In this document: positions 51,042-53,122 of the stretch, piece by piece
How the letters are laid out: each line of letters opens with the position of its first letter
How positions within the stretch are numbered: the first letter of the stretch is position 1
Virus record (IMG/VR): IMGVR_UViG_3300017971_000065
Length of the DNA stretch: 53,122 bases
DNA from: a virus
Direction: 5' to 3' (one strand)
The notes under the pieces: generated by a model
Databases searched by the model: none
Told to the model about the DNA's origin: nothing
What the model saw: the letters and a program-made list of their open reading frames with translations, nothing else
Made by a program: the position numbers and the translations under genes

Positions 51042-52064
51042 ATGAAACAGAAATATGAGTCATACAATATGACACAGCGACTTCTCGACCAGATTAAAGT
51101 TATCAACGGTGTTGTTGAGTCCTATGCCAAACAGGGCTATAAATTGACATTGAGGCAACTGTATTACCAGTTGGTTTCCAGAGGAATAATCCCAAACAAA
51201 GACACCGAATACAAGAAACTATCAGATTTACTCGTAAAGGCGAGGATGTCTGGTCTTGTCGATTGGGACGCGATAGAGGACAGGACAAGGGTTCCGAAGC
51301 TCGATTACTCAGTTGACGACATTCCAGATGCCATTGACGATACCATCAGTCAGTACAAGTTAGAACGATTACAAGACCAGAAAGTGTATATCGAAGTCTG
51401 GTGCGAGAAGGACGCATTGAGCAACATCCTTCGGAGAATGACCAACAAATTCCATGTCAGGTTGATGATAAACAAAGGATACTCAAGTGCAAGTGCAATG
51501 TATCGTGCGGCCCAAAGGTTCAGGAGACACGGAACAGGAAAGAAAAAGATACTTCTGTATCTTGGTGACCATGACCCTTCGGGACTCGACATGATAAGGG
51601 ACATAGGCGATAGATTGAATACATTCGGCGTAAGACTGGACACACCAGACGGTTATCCGATTCACTTGGGTATTACAAGAGAACAGGTCGAGGAATACGA
51701 ACCGCCTGAAAATCCAGCAAAGATTACTGACCCACGAGCCGAGTGGTACATCGAAGAACATGGAGAAAGTTCATGGGAAGTCGATGCTCTCGAACCATCA
51801 GTCCTAAACGAGTTGATCGAGAACGAGATATTCGAGTGGATTGATGAGGACAGGTTCAGGAACAAAGTCAAGCAAGAGAACGTTGACAAGTTGAAACTTG
51901 AAAATCTCAAGGACTTGATCGATGACCTCGATGTAAATATCGAAGTGTCATGTGTGAACTGTTCTGAACAAGTCCAGGCCGATGACGATGATACTATATA
52001 CGACATGGATGATGACAAATGGTTCTGTGGTAATGAGTGTCACGATGAATACAATGCCGAGTAA
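51042..52064 (+). CDS. Topoisomerase VI subunit A / Spo11-like protein (mini-A type: 5Y-CAP plus Toprim) with C-terminal zinc finger
   Basis: TLRQLYYQL (catalytic-Tyr motif, compare RDIYY), VWCEKDAL (Toprim Glu), LGDHDPSGLDM (Toprim DxD). GGTGATGTGATG start context. Confidence 0.7.
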   Translation: MKQKYESYNMTQRLLDQIKVINGVVESYAKQGYKLTLRQLYYQLVSRGIIPNKDTEYKKLSDLLVKARMSGLVDWDAIEDRTRVPKLDYSVDDIPDAIDDTISQYKLERLQDQKVYIEVWCEKDALSNILRRMTNKFHVRLMINKGYSSASAMYRAAQRFRRHGTGKKKILLYLGDHDPSGLDMIRDIGDRLNTFGVRLDTPDGYPIHLGITREQVEEYEPPENPAKITDPRAEWYIEEHGESSWEVDALEPSVLNELIENEIFEWIDEDRFRNKVKQENVDKLKLENLKDLIDDLDVNIEVSCVNCSEQVQADDDDTIYDMDDDKWFCGNECHDEYNAE

Positions 52065-52084
52065 TCGGCAACCTTTACCTTTAT

Positions 52085-52235
52085 GGGTCTGTGGCTCAGT
52101 TAGGCAGAGCGTCGGGCTTTTAAGGTCATGTGGCGAGGTTCACTATCTCCGTTCCAAGCTGAATGATGAGAAACTGATTGACCCACATGATTTGGAGATA
52201 CCCGATGGTCGCAGGTTCAAATCCTGCCAGACTCG
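52085..52235 (+). tRNA. tRNA-Lys (anticodon UUU) with a 77-nt intron at position 37/38 (52123-52199)
   Basis: Hand fold: acceptor GGGTCTG/CAGACTC, D arm GCTC/GAGC, anticodon stem TCGGG/CCCGA, loop CTTTTAA, T arm GCAGG-TTCAAAT-CCTGC. No encoded CCA. Confidence 0.85.
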
Positions 52236-52260
52236 TAATCATACGCAACAATAACTCAAG

Positions 52261-52397
52261 AGCGAGGTAGGGTAGTCTGGTAATCCCAATGGGCTCATGA
52301 GTCGGATGTGAAGTTTCTGCCCTGATCCTCCACTGATGACACCAGTCACCATGATTGAGAAACCCATTAATCTGTGGTTCGAATCCACACCTCGCTA
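52261..52397 (+). tRNA. Initiator-like tRNA-Met (anticodon CAU) with a 62-nt intron (52300-52361) in a canonical bulge-helix-bulge context
   Basis: A1:U72. Anticodon stem ATGGG/CCCAT gives three G:C pairs at 29-31:39-41. T arm TGTGG-TTCGAAT-CCACA. Central 4-bp helix CTCA/TGAG flanked by 3-nt bulges TGA and AAA. Confidence 0.8.
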
Positions 52398-52399
52398 TC

Positions 52400-52557
52400 G
52401 GGTAACACCGACACATGGCAGGTAGCATGAAGTCCGGTCTATCTGAAGTCGCCGAATGCGTGTACTGGTGGCTATCGGGCGTGATGCCACATCTTCTTTG
52501 CTGGCTGGCATTAGAAACTCCAACAGAGCACGATACTACGGTTTGTCGGTGTTATCC
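52400..52557 (+). ncRNA. Unclassified structured element: 14-bp long-range helix enclosing 130 nt
   Basis: GGGTAACACCGACA (52400-13) pairs with TGTCGGTGTTATCC (52544-57), one G:U. An inner hairpin GTGGC/GCCAC lies at 52468-52490. Confidence 0.35.
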
Positions 52558-52561
52558 ATAT

Positions 52562-52666
52562 CCGTCGATGATGAGTGCGACCAGAGTTGATCCATCAGAT
52601 GCTTGAGAAAAGGGACTGCTGCACTGCCCTGTTGGGAGATGACATAGTTCCTCTAAACTGAGACGG
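52562..52666 (+). ncRNA. Box C/D sRNA candidate
   Basis: Terminal stem CCGTC/GACGG, C box ATGATGA (52568-74), 12-nt spacer, TTGA (52587-90), AGATGA (52637-42), D box CTGA (52658-61) abutting the stem. Confidence 0.4.
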
Positions 52667-52694
52667 ATAATCATTCGCATATGGATGTGATGTG

Positions 52695-53122
52695 ATGGCT
52701 GTAAAGAAAAAGCAAGATAAACTGGCCAAAGAGCCAGCAAGTGCCAATTTCAAGGCAAGGATTGAGTGCAGTCTGCTTCGTGGAATTGCGTCAAGTATTT
52801 CCATGTTGACAGATGAGGCGAAGTTCAAGATTGGCAAGAAAAAGTGGGTTATACAGGTCGTTGATCCAGCACACATTGCCATGCTTGAATTGGAGATTGA
52901 TGTCAGCAACTTCGAGGATTATATCTGCAAGAAAGAAGGTGTCGTAGGAGTTGACATAGACAAATTGCATGACGCAATCAAGTACGTCAAGGACAGGGAC
53001 ATTGTCAGGATTGAAACCGACATTCTGAAAGTGACAAGAGAGAAAGAAGGTAAGGACGTTGTCGTGAACATCGACAGGATAAAGATTGACGATGGCCTAT
53101 GTTCAAGACGTTTCAACCAACC
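52695..53122 (+). CDS. pcn: PCNA sliding clamp (paralogue 1), N-terminal part; runs off the window end and continues at position 1/124
   Basis: GGATGTGATGTGATG start context. MAVKKKQDKL...FKARIECSLLRGIASSISMLTDEAKFKIGKKKWVIQVVDPAHIAMLELEID is PCNA N-domain-like. Not in the ORF track because no stop lies within the window. Confidence 0.85.
   Translation, partial: MAVKKKQDKLAKEPASANFKARIECSLLRGIASSISMLTDEAKFKIGKKKWVIQVVDPAHIAMLELEIDVSNFEDYICKKEGVVGVDIDKLHDAIKYVKDRDIVRIETDILKVTREKEGKDVVVNIDRIKIDDGLCSRRFNQ
53000..53122. repeat. Terminal direct repeat, copy 2 (identical to 1-123)
   Basis: Same 123-nt string as 1-123; the repeat extends to the window edge. Confidence 0.95.

Noticed and set aside
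52123-52199. tRNA-Lys intron considered as a functional box C/D guide (ATGATGA at 52163-69; CTGA at 52159-62 and 52174-77).
   Set aside because: The boxes are adjacent or only 4 nt apart, which leaves no 10-12-nt guide spacer and no terminal stem. Recorded only as a motif coincidence or a possible L7Ae site.
52085-52397. tRNA genes considered as an integration (attP) site with an adjacent integrase.
   Set aside because: No tyrosine or serine recombinase motifs were seen in any ORF. The genome closes on itself with no host flanks. The tRNAs are complete genes rather than 3-prime fragments.
52126-52428. 100-aa minus-strand ORF covering both tRNA genes.
   Set aside because: It is the reverse complement of two well-folding tRNAs and their introns, so it is almost certainly spurious.
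52415-52606. 63-aa plus-strand ORF (MAGSMKSGLSEV...) inside the RNA island.
   Set aside because: No Shine-Dalgarno sequence, unlike almost all other genes here. It starts 2 nt after a 14-bp long-range helix arm and runs through the C box of the C/D candidate. Treated as probably non-coding, though a small membrane protein cannot be excluded.
1-53122. Searched by eye for reverse transcriptase (YxDD), Cas proteins, toxin-antitoxin pairs, DNA polymerase B, primase and lysozyme or pseudomurein endopeptidase motifs.
   Set aside because: No convincing motifs were seen. Absence cannot be proven without profile searches, because about 60 percent of the ORFs remain unassigned.

Overview
The window appears to be a complete, circularly closed genome of about 52,999 bp from a tailed archaeal virus (Caudoviricetes-like). 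The first 123 nt (1-123) are repeated exactly at 53000-53122. The cut falls inside a PCNA gene that starts at 52695 and continues at position 1.

Three blocks are visible:
- **Plus-strand block, 52695 -> wrap -> 5896.** Two divergent PCNA sliding clamps, an SplB-like radical SAM enzyme, an Hjc/VRR-NUC-like nuclease and small zinc-ribbon proteins.
- **Minus-strand morphogenesis block, 31207 down to 5972.** Putative small terminase, large terminase, portal, and a 994-aa fusion protein (ChaB-like N-terminus, zinc ribbon, Dam-type DNA methyltransferase, degenerate ligase-like domain, prohead-protease-like C-terminus). Then scaffold, major capsid protein, fibre-like proteins, connector proteins, putative tail tube, a tail chaperone with a canonical -1 frameshift, tape measure and distal tail proteins.
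- **Plus-strand early/replication block, 31516-52064.** About 55 mostly small, overlapping, Cys-rich ORFs, plus a Sak4-like ATPase, a DUF932-like protein, an MCM-like AAA+ ATPase, a SAM methyltransferase, a NucS-N/RQC-like protein, a Tpt1/KptA-like ADP-ribosyltransferase-fold protein and a Topo VI-A/Spo11-like mini-A protein.

Between the mini-A gene and the PCNA gene lies a roughly 630-nt RNA island at 52085-52666. It holds two tRNA genes with archaeal-type introns (tRNA-Lys UUU and an initiator-like tRNA-Met CAU), a 130-nt segment closed by a 14-bp helix, and a box C/D sRNA candidate.

Archaeal identity is supported by PCNA, the tRNA introns, TATA-box promoters (recurrent TTTAAATACT), oligo-T terminators, and the MCM-, Hjc- and Topo VI-A-like proteins. 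I found no integrase, DNA polymerase, reverse transcriptase or CRISPR array.

All functional calls come from motif recognition by eye in the translated ORFs. No database search was run.
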